Both the position numbers and the translations under genes were made by a program. 64,000 bases of DNA from a candidate division WOR-3 bacterium (lineage in GTDB: Bacteria > Hydrothermota > Tepidihabitantia > Tepidihabitantales > Tepidihabitantaceae), in assembly GCA_965649295.1 (NCBI GenBank), contig CBFGKH010000006.1, positions 64,001 to 128,000 on the forward strand, written 5' to 3'. The notes under the pieces were generated by a model. It saw only the letters and a list, made by a program, of their open reading frames with translations. It had not been told where the DNA came from and ran no database searches. Numbering within the stretch: position 1 is the first letter of the stretch; each line of letters opens with the position of its first letter. Positions 50,072-59,471 of this stretch are shown piece after piece.

Positions 50072-50077
50072 TGGCCA

Positions 50078-51025
50078 TCACTCCACCCAGGCTACCAACT
50101 CCTGGGCCAATGCTGGGGACAGGTTAGTAAGCTTCGCCCCATACAGTCCGCGCAGGTTGCGCTGCTCATGCTCGCGCAACCAGAAGTAAGTCACCAGTGG
50201 CTCATGGCCGAAAACACAGTAACGCGACCGCCGCAGATAGCCAAGCTCCAGCTCACGGCCCAGTCGCTCCAGCCGCAGCCAGGACCGCTGTTCTTCGAGC
50301 CAGTTGATGCTCTCTTCGAGATAGCGCCGGAACATCGTCCGACCCAGTAGCTGAGGCAGGTTGGCAACCGGCTCGCCGGCCAGTCTCACCAGCAATTCGC
50401 CAGCCAGCGTGCCACCGACAAGCAATGCCGGCTCCAGTTCCCGCGCCCCACCGCCAGCCGCGCGAATCCGAATCAGTGTGCGCAGATTCTCAAGATCGGC
50501 GTGGAGCGCCAGATAACCGGTCAGGAACGGACTCGGCGCGGCAGTGGCGAAAAGAAGTTCATGCAGCCGACGGTCAATAATCAAGTCAACTCGGGCCGGG
50601 TCCTGATTGGCCTGGTAATCCTGCTGGGCTGCAACTGCCGCCGGCCTGAACACCGCCGGCACCGTCGTCCCGGCTGCCGCTCCGGCCCCAGTCAACTGCT
50701 GCTTCAGTAGCGACTTCACCGCCTGCGCCTGCGCCGGCAGCCGGAACAGCTCAACCAACCACTCATCGCGCGCGTGACCGGTCAGAAAAGCCAGATTCTC
50801 CGCTGCGGCCGCGGCCAGCGCCGCCTCGAACTCGACTGCCTCGCCCTCAAGAAAACGACCGTAGTAGGTGTCGCCGAGCAACTGCAGAAACTCGGCCTGG
50901 TCCCGACTGTGAATCAGCCGGTCATAGCGGTTGCGGTCGAGCAGTGTCGGCTCAAGTGCCCGCACCCGGCCGACCGCAAAACCATACTCGACATTCTCAC
51001 TGAAACGCACCGCTGGAATTGGCAT
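50078..51025 (-). CDS. ntpC: V/A-type ATP synthase subunit C (d)
   Basis: YGFAVGRVRALE, ADLENLRTLIR, FGHEPLVTYF..EQRNLR. Confidence 0.85.
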   Translation of the reverse strand: MPIPAVRFSENVEYGFAVGRVRALEPTLLDRNRYDRLIHSRDQAEFLQLLGDTYYGRFLEGEAVEFEAALAAAAAENLAFLTGHARDEWLVELFRLPAQAQAVKSLLKQQLTGAGAAAGTTVPAVFRPAAVAAQQDYQANQDPARVDLIIDRRLHELLFATAAPSPFLTGYLALHADLENLRTLIRIRAAGGGARELEPALLVGGTLAGELLVRLAGEPVANLPQLLGRTMFRRYLEESINWLEEQRSWLRLERLGRELELGYLRRSRYCVFGHEPLVTYFWLREHEQRNLRGLYGAKLTNLSPALAQELVAWVE

Positions 51026-51083
51026 ACTAAGACCCAGATGATAGCCGGCCAGCCCCAACTGTCAAAGACCAAATAAGTGAAGG

Positions 51084-51692
51084 CTACTCAGTTGCGGTCG
51101 GCTGACCGAGCTCCAATAGTCCCTGCAACCGGCCGATATTGGCAAAAAAGGCTTCCTTGTTCTCCGGCGGCACCTGGTCAAAGACCCGCTTCATCCTGGC
51201 AATCCGCTGCCGGAACTCCTTGCCCTGCGGCCCCTGCATTCCTTGAGCCAGGCCCTCACCAACACCAAGCGCCATCTGATAGTTCACCGCCAATACCTTG
51301 TAAGTAGTGGTGCGAAACGATTCCCAGCTCATCCCTGCTGCTGCCAGTGAGTCGAGCACGCCGGGCACCGACTTCATCCCCTCAATTGTGCCGCCCATAT
51401 CAAGAATGAGGTCGGTGGGCTCAGTCTGAACCGGACGGAAGTCGGCTGCCTGCAAGGCGCTCACCACTCGGGGCAAGACCTCGAGATAGGCCGACATCTC
51501 TGCCGCCGTAACCGGCTCAAATGTCGTTGCTGGCCAGCCAGCCGGTAGTTCATAACCCTGATTACGAATCAGCACATAAGCTGTACCCGCAACCGCGACC
51601 AGCAACAGAATAGCAACAGCCAGCCGCTGCCGGTTGTGGCCAGGCCGCTTTTGCACCTTCGCAGTAGCACGGTTTCGCTGCATCAGGCTCAC
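51084..51692 (-). CDS. Hypothetical membrane-anchored protein
   Basis: Single N-terminal TM then helical domain. Confidence 0.6.
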   Translation of the reverse strand: MSLMQRNRATAKVQKRPGHNRQRLAVAILLLVAVAGTAYVLIRNQGYELPAGWPATTFEPVTAAEMSAYLEVLPRVVSALQAADFRPVQTEPTDLILDMGGTIEGMKSVPGVLDSLAAAGMSWESFRTTTYKVLAVNYQMALGVGEGLAQGMQGPQGKEFRQRIARMKRVFDQVPPENKEAFFANIGRLQGLLELGQPTATE

Positions 51693-51785
51693 ATCATAAG
51701 CCGCCGACCCGACGCTGTAAACTGGTAGCAGCGAGGTGGCTTTTGACTCCAGCCCACCCGGCCCTATAGTGACAAGGCCACAAAC

Positions 51786-52475
51786 ATGGCAAGCGCCTCC
51801 CCACCAACCCGACCTCCTCTTTTTTCTAATTGCTCACCGCTCCCATTAGCAACCCTGGCTGCCGTGCTCTTCTTACTCAATCTGTCCTGCACTCGGCCCG
51901 ACTACTTTCCGCTCCGGCCCGGCCGAACCTGGACCCTTGCCGGTCGCACTCTTGCCGTCACCGGTACCGACACAACAATCATCGCCGAACGAACCTACAC
52001 CATCTCGATAATCGGCACCCGCAATGACCGTCAGTTTGGCCGCCTGACCATCGTCAAACTCAGCGGCCAGCCGTTCTACGGAACGACCTGGTACCTGCAG
52101 CCGCGCCGCGACGGACTCTGGCTACTCCTTACCGGTCTTGGCGACGCCACTGCATCATCGGCTGACTGGCTGCGAATCCTTGCCCCACCGCTTCGGCCCG
52201 GCCGCGCCTGGATTGGCAACACCACCAACAATGTCAGCTTCGAAGTCCGCGCGCGCGAGGCGATAAAGACACCCGCTGGTCACTTTCCGCACACCATCTC
52301 AATCCGAGCTCGCCTTCCTGAAACCGGTGAGTTCATCCACTACTGGCTTGCGCCCGGCACCGGCCCTGTCCGCTGGTACCGCCACTTTGCCGCTGGTTAC
52401 ACAGAAATAGCAGAACTTGTGTCAGTGACCGACATCGCGTCAGCATCTCGCGTCCGACTCAACAAAACCCGTTGA
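51786..52475 (+). CDS. Hypothetical lipoprotein
   Basis: NLS-C lipobox, DYFPLRPGRTW, IKTPAGHF, YWLAPGTGPV. Confidence 0.7.
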   Translation: MASASPPTRPPLFSNCSPLPLATLAAVLFLLNLSCTRPDYFPLRPGRTWTLAGRTLAVTGTDTTIIAERTYTISIIGTRNDRQFGRLTIVKLSGQPFYGTTWYLQPRRDGLWLLLTGLGDATASSADWLRILAPPLRPGRAWIGNTTNNVSFEVRAREAIKTPAGHFPHTISIRARLPETGEFIHYWLAPGTGPVRWYRHFAAGYTEIAELVSVTDIASASRVRLNKTR

Positions 52476-52499
52476 CAAGAATCACAATCTGCGTATTCT
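52472..52499 (+). promoter_or_regulatory. sigma70-type promoter for micro-ORF
   Basis: TTGACA-N16-TATTCT. Confidence 0.6.
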
Positions 52500-52650
52500 T
52501 GATGCGCATGGACTGTTCGAGCCCAGCAACGTGGACTGTCCGAAACGAACCACTCACCATCACCAGCAATCAATCTGATTGTCCGCTCTGTCCGACGCTG
52601 GCTGCGGACTGCTCCGCAACCGGCAAAGCCCTAAACAAAGGAGGTCTGTA

Positions 52651-52713
52651 ATGCCGACGAAGAAAGCCGTCAAGAAGCCGGCCAAGAAGACCGCCAAGAA
52701 GACAAAGAAGTAG
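52651..52713 (+). CDS. 20-aa Lys-rich histone-H1-like microprotein MPTKKAVKKPAKKTAKKTKK
   Basis: AAAGGAGG RBS 6 nt before ATG; TAG stop at 52711-52713; below ORF-track cutoff. Confidence 0.75.
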   Translation: MPTKKAVKKPAKKTAKKTKK

Positions 52714-52733
52714 TCTTCCGGCTTCGCTAAGCT

Positions 52734-52768
52734 TCTCGTCGTCGCTGCTGCGGCGGCGAGACGCTTTT
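52734..52768 (+). terminator. Intrinsic terminator after micro-ORF
   Basis: TCTCGTCGTCGC/GCGGCGGCGAGA (G-U pairs) then CGCTTTT. Confidence 0.6.
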
Positions 52769-52798
52769 CAGTCCCGACCAACGTGCTACAATTGAACC

Positions 52799-53404
52799 AT
52801 GGATAGTCAACTAGCGAACCGCTACGAGAAGCTGAAGTCGCTGGTCGTCGAGCGCCGCCAGCCGTTCACCGAACTGATGACCATGCTCGAGAACAAGACC
52901 TCATGGCTGGAGAGTCCGGCCAGCACCCGTTTCCATCTCGCCGAGAAGCACGGCCTGCTCCGCCACTCGGTCGGCGTGGCCGAAACACTGCTCAAGCTGC
53001 GGGCCTGCCTTGCTCCGCAGCTCTCTTCTGAGAGCTGCGCAATTGTCGGCTTGCTCCATGATGTCGGCAAGGTTGGCATGCCAGGCAAACCGCTCTATCT
53101 ACCCAATCCTGACGAGTGGCAGCGGCAGAACCGCGGCCAGCACTACATCTACAACGAAGAAGTCACGGCAATGGGTCTCGCTGTCCGCAGCCTCTACCTT
53201 GTCACTAAATACCTGCCGCTGTCCGATGCCGAAGCCCAGGCCATCTGCTATCACGACGGCCAGTACATTGCCGAGAACGAACCGGTTGCCCACAAAGAGG
53301 AGCCACTGCTACTGCTGCTGCACTGGGCCGACTACTGGACCATGCATGTCATCGAGGAGGGCTGGCCACTAGCGGACGACACAAGTCGCTACGACCGCAG
53401 CTGA
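52799..53404 (+). CDS. HD-domain phosphohydrolase
   Basis: SPASTRFH, GLLRHS, LLHDVGK, AICYHDG, LLHWAD. Confidence 0.88.
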   Translation: MDSQLANRYEKLKSLVVERRQPFTELMTMLENKTSWLESPASTRFHLAEKHGLLRHSVGVAETLLKLRACLAPQLSSESCAIVGLLHDVGKVGMPGKPLYLPNPDEWQRQNRGQHYIYNEEVTAMGLAVRSLYLVTKYLPLSDAEAQAICYHDGQYIAENEPVAHKEEPLLLLLHWADYWTMHVIEEGWPLADDTSRYDRS

Positions 53405-53907
53405 TTAGCAGACAGTGACCTAGTCAGGGTATTAGTAGCTCGTGGCGGTTGCGGTTCGGCTTGTCTCGTGCGCGCGGTCGCGGGCGGCTGAGCACTCGCA
53501 CGGTCAGACCGGCAATATGTTTATCTTGGCCCAGCCGCCGCGCCGGCGATTCCTTTCCCGGCCGCAGAACCTTGCAGACCATTTATGAAGACCGGTCGGG
53601 CAGAGCCCTGGCCGCGGCCGGTCGGCCAACTGCCCAGCCGGCTCGTTCAAGCTACTCTCAGCAATTATGACGCCCTAACCCGGTTCGCAGTTGTCAGAGT
53701 AGAAAGCGGCAGTTCCAACTGCTCACTAGCCCAGCAGCCTGGGACAGGAGTCGGTTGCTCCCCGGGCAGACGGCTCGCTGCCCGCGGCTAGGGCAGCAGA
53801 CTGGTGACGAAATGCGCTATGACAGGATAGTATTCAGCTCCCATTGTCTCGGGCCGGTTGTAGTGCTCCACGCGTCCTCTTCAGTATCAGGCCAAGCCAG
53901 AAGTTGG

Positions 53908-55356
53908 CTACCGCTGCAAGACCACCTTCTGCGTGGCCCGGTAGTTGCCAGCCGCAAAGCGCACAAGATACACGCCCGGCGGCAGTAGCCGGCCGGTCGC
54001 ATCACGACCGTCCCACCACGTATTCGGCGCGCATAGCAACCGCACCAGCCGGCCCGTACCATCGTACACCCCAATCGCACCGGCCTGACTTGGGGTCGAG
54101 ATGTGGAACGACCCGCGGCCGACGCCGGGACGAACCGAGATACGCTCCGCTGCCACCGACTGCTCCCCACCAAGCGCAACCGGATACGGCGCGTTCCACC
54201 AGCACCCGTTCAACCCTGCTCCAACAAAGACGCAGCCCGCACCGGTAAACGGCCCACCCGGCAAATAGCAAAGCTTTGGCCGCACCTCGGAGCCGGTTCC
54301 GACGCTGCCTTGATTGATGAGCAGAGTATCCGACCATTGGGTCGGGCTGGCCGCGTGAACGAAACGACGGTGAACACGCCGGACTATGTCATCATCAACG
54401 ATGTAGGAGGCGTTGACGTATTGGTTGCCGGGACTCGTGTAGTTCCGCAAGTCAGGAAAGCATTCATCGTACGCTGCCGTGCCGGCCAGAAAGGCCGGCG
54501 CAGACCAGGCAATACCGCCGTTCGTTGAGAAGCTGTACTTGATGTCCCAGTCGCCCGAGTTCTGGTAGTCTTGTGACCAGAGCATCCAGACCGTGGCGGC
54601 TGATTCGGGCTGCGTGAACGCGGCCGCGACGACCGGGTCTGCCACCTCATCCGAGTCGGTAGTCACGAGGCCGTACTCCCACGCACTCGCGTTCAGATAC
54701 TGGCGGTTCGTCCAGATGTGAACCGCACCGCCCTGCCAGCGGCTGTGCGCTGCAAAGTAGATACGCGAACCCGCGCCAGCCGCGAGGTATGGGTCACGGA
54801 CTTGAACCGCATAGCTGTCAACGAATGCCCAGCTGCTGCCGTAGTCAACCGATCGCAGGAACCGAAGCGCCCGGTATCCACCCACTGCCTGCGGGTTAGT
54901 AACTGCCGCATAGAGCCAGTAGTCCGAACCGGTATAGTCACGGCAGAATGCGAAGTCGGTAATAGTGTCGGGCCCGACCGCCACCGGCGACTGCACCGGC
55001 ATACCGCCTTCGTTGTAGCGAATCTGCCACAGGTCGCCTCCCTGGTAGTTGATGAGGTAGAACAAGTGAATCGCGCCGGAGTCGCCCTCACCAACCACGA
55101 GCTGCAGCTTGTCGAAGAGGTCGCCGGCCCGCCGCAGCGAGAAACGCGCTTCCCACGCTCTTCCGTATCCGAGCGACTTGTACAGGTAGGTTGTGCTGTC
55201 CTCGAGCACGGTGAATGCAACCCACATCGTGCCGTCCATTTCGTAGTCAGCAGCCGTGGCCACGACGGTCCCGCTGTGTATCAGTACATCAGGTTCCGGC
55301 CAGGCAGCAGCCGGCGTGAACAACAGAAACGCAAGCAGTAGCTGCTTCACTTGCAC
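53908..55356 (-). CDS. Secreted BNR/Asp-box (sialidase-like propeller) protein with C-terminal sorting domain
   Basis: SVDYGSSW, STNGGIAW Asp-boxes; WDGRDATGRLLPPGVYLVRF..KVVLQR; GGAGG RBS. Confidence 0.78.
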   Translation of the reverse strand: MQVKQLLLAFLLFTPAAAWPEPDVLIHSGTVVATAADYEMDGTMWVAFTVLEDSTTYLYKSLGYGRAWEARFSLRRAGDLFDKLQLVVGEGDSGAIHLFYLINYQGGDLWQIRYNEGGMPVQSPVAVGPDTITDFAFCRDYTGSDYWLYAAVTNPQAVGGYRALRFLRSVDYGSSWAFVDSYAVQVRDPYLAAGAGSRIYFAAHSRWQGGAVHIWTNRQYLNASAWEYGLVTTDSDEVADPVVAAAFTQPESAATVWMLWSQDYQNSGDWDIKYSFSTNGGIAWSAPAFLAGTAAYDECFPDLRNYTSPGNQYVNASYIVDDDIVRRVHRRFVHAASPTQWSDTLLINQGSVGTGSEVRPKLCYLPGGPFTGAGCVFVGAGLNGCWWNAPYPVALGGEQSVAAERISVRPGVGRGSFHISTPSQAGAIGVYDGTGRLVRLLCAPNTWWDGRDATGRLLPPGVYLVRFAAGNYRATQKVVLQR

Positions 55357-55362
55357 CTCCCC

Positions 55363-55917
55363 TCAGCGCTGCAGAACTATCTTCTGGGTCGCGCGGTAGT
55401 CGCCGGCAGAGAACCGCACGAGATACACGCCGGCCGGCAGTAGCCGGCCGCACCCATCGCTGCCGTCCCAGGCAACACTGTGCGAGCCACGCCTGACACT
55501 CGACGCCAGAAGCTGACGGACGACGCGACCGATCAGGTCGTGTACGGCCAAGAGGACCGGACCATCGCCGGCCAGCGAGTAGCGGATGACCGCCTGACTC
55601 CGGGTCGGATTCGGCGCGACCGTCTCCAGCCGCGTGACCAGCACCGCTCCGCCCGCTCTAACCTCGCCCGGTTCTTGAATGCCAACACCGTAGTCCGGCA
55701 ACCAGAACCCGGCAAAGACCGCAAGGCCCGATGCAGTCGAGAGACCAACTGCAGTCTGGCCAGCGGTCGAGCCGGACTTATATGCGCTCGAACTCATCTC
55801 GCCGCCGGCAATCCCGTTCACGGCCCAATCACAGCGATAGGACTGGGCGAGACAAACAGCAGCGAAGACTGTGACGAGCACCATCGAAACCAGCTTTGAC
55901 TTCACTGTTACCTCCAT
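55363..55917 (-). CDS. Small secreted protein: short Gly/Ser-rich domain + FlgD-Ig/T9SS-like C-terminal domain
   Basis: Signal peptide, QSYRCDWAVNGIAGG..STAGQ..AGFW, then PNP..WDGSDGCG..GVYLVRF. Confidence 0.8.
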   Translation of the reverse strand: MEVTVKSKLVSMVLVTVFAAVCLAQSYRCDWAVNGIAGGEMSSSAYKSGSTAGQTAVGLSTASGLAVFAGFWLPDYGVGIQEPGEVRAGGAVLVTRLETVAPNPTRSQAVIRYSLAGDGPVLLAVHDLIGRVVRQLLASSVRRGSHSVAWDGSDGCGRLLPAGVYLVRFSAGDYRATQKIVLQR

Positions 55918-55931
55918 CGGGTCACTTCCCG

Positions 55932-57950
55932 CTATCTCTCTATCGGCTCCGGCAGCGGTAGCTGCTCAGTTGTGCCGGTAACCGACGCCGGAGTCGCGGC
56001 GGTTGCCGTTTCAAGCGGCCCTGGCGCTTCGGGCAAACGGAGACCCTCGTTGCCCTTCCATTTGGCGAGCACCCGCCAGGAGAATCGGGCATCGCTCTGC
56101 CCGCCCTGTAGCTCATAGACGTCGAACCCGGTCGCGTTCTTTTTCACATAGACGCCTCGGCAGTCATCTTCGAGCTGAACAAAGACCTTGAGCGGATGCT
56201 CGTCATTGACAGTAATGCAGTCAACGAAGACCGGTTCGAGATTGATGCGGCAGTGGCCGTTGACCAGTTGTCCCACACCGGCGTCCTCGAAGTAGGGTTC
56301 AGGCATCTCCGGCGCAAACAGGGTCTTGCGGCCATCCCGCGTCGCCATGATTGTACTCACCGTGCCGTTGCCAAGTATCTTGTAGTTGGTCGTGCCGTTG
56401 TAGTAGCTGACATAGGCATACGCACCGTAGCCGTTTGAGAAGTAGCCACCCTGGCCCACCCCAGTGCTGCTGGCACGGCCGTAGATGCCACAGCTTGTTC
56501 CCACACCAGCCACGCCGCTGCCCGCGGTCAGATACGATCCGGGTGAACCCTGGCCTGTTGCCAATAGCCCGGTACCAGAGGAGTTCTGGTTGCCGGCAAA
56601 CAGACCAAAACCGGTCGGGCTGTTGGCCAAGCCGTAGATGCCGTAGCAACCGCCCGAAGTGTTCGTGGCGTAGCCGCAGGCGCCATAGACAGTGCCGGTA
56701 AAGGCACCGCCCGCACCACTGGACGGGTTCTCAAAAAAGCTGACGCCATTGCCAACGCCAATGACGCCGGTGCCGTTTGTCGCGTTGGCTTTTAGATAGC
56801 CGCCCTTACTGCTACCGACAAAGGCGCCGCCGCAGCCGCCAGTCGGCACGCTGATGCTCTGCCCCTGACCAGCGCCGACTATGCCAACCCCACTGGCATT
56901 GCCATTGTAACCTGCCACACCGTAGCAGCCCGAGGTGTTAGTCTGGCCATAGACACCGTCGGCCACTGTTCCGCCACTGCCATACACACCAGGATAGGAC
57001 GAGGTCCCCGACTGTCCATACACACCCGCAGCATAGGTTCCGCCATTGCCGTAGATGCCCGGTGCCGCACTCGAATTGGCCACGCCGTAGAACTGACCTG
57101 CCCGGCACGTGCCACTCATCCAGAAATTGCCGGTCTGGGCACTGGCATACTGATTGCGAATATAGCGGTCATCACCCCAGACCGAGTCAAACCGCACCGT
57201 GCCAGTGGTCGTAATTGGGTTGGGCGTGCAGACCACGCCAGCACCCTGACTGACACTAGTAACCGTGCCGCCACCCGACACTCCAACGCTGTCGTTTGCC
57301 GGAACCCACGCCGAACCACTCCACTTCATCACCTGACCGGTCGAGGCGCCCATCCGCCCAAGGTCAGCAGCCGCAATCGTGCCGTCGCTAATCATCGCCG
57401 ATGTCACCGCGCCAGCCTGCCCTTCGTTGACATACCGGCTGTCAAGCGCAGTCGTGTCCTTGCCCTGCAGCAGGTCAGCATTCGCCGCCCGCTCGCTGAG
57501 ATACGCATACGCGGCACTAGCGATTTGCAGACGCGGAGCCAATTCTGCGCCACCACCAACCGCCATCCCCAGATAGACCGCTCCTCCGTCCGGTATCGTA
57601 CCGATTGGTGTCACTGATCCAAGCAGCACCGAAAAGAGCCCAGCTCGGGTGCGCACACTCTGAGTTTCCTCCCAGAACTGGGTCCCGCCGCTCGGCTGAC
57701 TGTACAGCCGGAACCGTATTGAGTAGAGCGTGTCTGCCACCGGCAGGCCCAAGGTGTCGGTCAGCTTGCCTTGATACGACAGCAGCCGCGGTATCGTGAT
57801 GGCATCAGTGCCGCCGACAACTGCCGATGACAGACGTTGGGTCTCGTTGTTCTGCCATCTGACTTCTGGCTTCTCGCCTCTGGCTTCATTCTGTGCCACA
57901 GCCAATACTACAGCCGTCGCCAGCACGAGCATCGTGACTCTCTTCATCAT
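55932..57950 (-). CDS. Fibre-like protein A (YQG base domain, GVYG repeats, tail-fibre-like C-terminus)
   Basis: Signal peptide; IPRLLSYQGKLTD; G(V/I)YG repeats; FEDAGVGQLVNG..KVFVQ..GFDV..FSWRVLA. Confidence 0.72.
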   Translation of the reverse strand: MMKRVTMLVLATAVVLAVAQNEARGEKPEVRWQNNETQRLSSAVVGGTDAITIPRLLSYQGKLTDTLGLPVADTLYSIRFRLYSQPSGGTQFWEETQSVRTRAGLFSVLLGSVTPIGTIPDGGAVYLGMAVGGGAELAPRLQIASAAYAYLSERAANADLLQGKDTTALDSRYVNEGQAGAVTSAMISDGTIAAADLGRMGASTGQVMKWSGSAWVPANDSVGVSGGGTVTSVSQGAGVVCTPNPITTTGTVRFDSVWGDDRYIRNQYASAQTGNFWMSGTCRAGQFYGVANSSAAPGIYGNGGTYAAGVYGQSGTSSYPGVYGSGGTVADGVYGQTNTSGCYGVAGYNGNASGVGIVGAGQGQSISVPTGGCGGAFVGSSKGGYLKANATNGTGVIGVGNGVSFFENPSSGAGGAFTGTVYGACGYATNTSGGCYGIYGLANSPTGFGLFAGNQNSSGTGLLATGQGSPGSYLTAGSGVAGVGTSCGIYGRASSTGVGQGGYFSNGYGAYAYVSYYNGTTNYKILGNGTVSTIMATRDGRKTLFAPEMPEPYFEDAGVGQLVNGHCRINLEPVFVDCITVNDEHPLKVFVQLEDDCRGVYVKKNATGFDVYELQGGQSDARFSWRVLAKWKGNEGLRLPEAPGPLETATAATPASVTGTTEQLPLPEPIER
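57306..57800 (-). repeat. ~495-bp duplicated segment, copy in fibre A
   Basis: Paralogous to 60797-61288; 13 differences in about 165 aa by hand count. Confidence 0.9.
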
Positions 57951-57956
57951 CTCTCC

Positions 57957-59471
57957 TTACTGCCCAATCAGGGCAAAGCTCTTTGAGCAAGCAGCGGTCC
58001 CGCCGAGTCGGCAGAAGTAGCTACCGGCCGGCACTCTTCTCCGTCCATCATCCGTTCCATCCCACCAGGTCCAGCATTCCTGCCCGGTGCCGCGCACAGC
58101 AAGCCGCCTCACGTTCCGGCCCAAGGCATCGCTGATGAGCAGACTGCCGTCTGCACCAGCCGGGAGTTGCCAGCGCAGCCACGCGCCGCCGGGTGCCGAC
58201 CGAACCGCCAGCACGACGTCCGCTGCCAGCGGTGCAGACTCGACGACGCCGGTGCTGTCACCCTCAATCGTCGCGCGCCACGCGAATCGCCAGCCACCGG
58301 TCTCGACCAGCTGCGTGGCCACCGCCACCAGGACAATCGTGTCATACTGCCATCCCGGAATGACAATCGAACCGGTATCAAGCGAGTTCGGTAGCAATAT
58401 GCGGTATTCACGCGGTATCGAGCCAAGTCCCAGCACATAGACGTCCCAGGTGCGGCCATCCTCACCGTCAAAGAAAATTCGCACCCGATTCTGACCAAAA
58501 CCGGTGAACCCGACAAACTTGCAGCCACCGGGAGCTTCTGGCAACCGGTCGGTGGCTGAATCAATGACCGGATACTGGGCGTACCAGTGATAACACCGAC
58601 TCGTCTGCCAGTCCTCGGCATCCTGGAAGTGACGGCTGTCGTCGCGGCTGCCCGTGAACCAGCGCCAAATCGCATAGTGCCCCAGCGCCCGCTCCATTGT
58701 TGAGCTGTAGTAGTTGTAGAGCGCAACCCAGGTGCCCCACCAGGTGTTCTCGCCACCCTGCGCGCCGAGTTGCTCCCAGACCCGGCGCGGACAGACCGGG
58801 TCTGCATAGTATTCGTGCAGGAACCTAGGCCAAAGCCAGCCCGGATAGGTGAATCGGCTCAGTCGAAAATGGGTGCTGTCCAACGGATGGCGAAAACCGT
58901 TAAGCCACCACGCACCGAATCCCCAGCCTTCCATTGTCCAATCGCTCATCCACTCGGCAGTGTTCTCGTAGAACGATGTAATCTCCACTCCGCTGTAGCG
59001 AGCCTGGCAGGCGTGATTGAACTCATGGGCGATGACCAACCGCAAACCACTCCAGTTCAGACCAGTCCTGATTTGAATAAAACAGGTCCAGCCATCAGGG
59101 TAGGGTTCATCATACTGGTCTTCCGGCGATGTCAGTCCGTCCCAAGCGCTCGTATCCACAAGATAGACGTCGAGCCTGCTGTCCGGCCCTTGCTGGTCTG
59201 GTGCTGGCGCGGCCCATCCCAGGGTATCCACCTGGCGCCACCAAGCGCGAGCGACATACGAGCTGGCTGACTCGGCATAGGCATGCGTCGTTGCGTGCCG
59301 ACCAGTCGTGTCATAGTGAACCCAGCAGCTGCCGCTGCCAGTCCGGCACTGACCAACTGCTGGCCGGTGGGCCAAAATGCCGGCGCGAAACTGGTCAAGC
59401 CGCTCCGGTGTTCCGCAGACCAGCCCGCCAGACGGCGCTGCCAGTAACAGAACCGCCAGCAGCGCGCTCAC
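57957..59471 (-). CDS. Secreted HEXXH zinc metalloprotease (MXAN_6640-like) with C-terminal sorting domain
   Basis: CGT pro-motif, AHEFNHACQ, FYENTAEWM; WDGTDDG..GSYFCRL; GTG start overlaps upstream TGA. Confidence 0.78.
   Translation of the reverse strand: MSALLAVLLLAAPSGGLVCGTPERLDQFRAGILAHRPAVGQCRTGSGSCWVHYDTTGRHATTHAYAESASSYVARAWWRQVDTLGWAAPAPDQQGPDSRLDVYLVDTSAWDGLTSPEDQYDEPYPDGWTCFIQIRTGLNWSGLRLVIAHEFNHACQARYSGVEITSFYENTAEWMSDWTMEGWGFGAWWLNGFRHPLDSTHFRLSRFTYPGWLWPRFLHEYYADPVCPRRVWEQLGAQGGENTWWGTWVALYNYYSSTMERALGHYAIWRWFTGSRDDSRHFQDAEDWQTSRCYHWYAQYPVIDSATDRLPEAPGGCKFVGFTGFGQNRVRIFFDGEDGRTWDVYVLGLGSIPREYRILLPNSLDTGSIVIPGWQYDTIVLVAVATQLVETGGWRFAWRATIEGDSTGVVESAPLAADVVLAVRSAPGGAWLRWQLPAGADGSLLISDALGRNVRRLAVRGTGQECWTWWDGTDDGRRRVPAGSYFCRLGGTAACSKSFALIGQ

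Noticed and set aside
53405..53907. Fourth copy of the dispersed intergenic element (CCTAAC near 53673)
   Set aside because: Lacks the upstream GGGACNGTCC..GGGGA block and the AGTT end.
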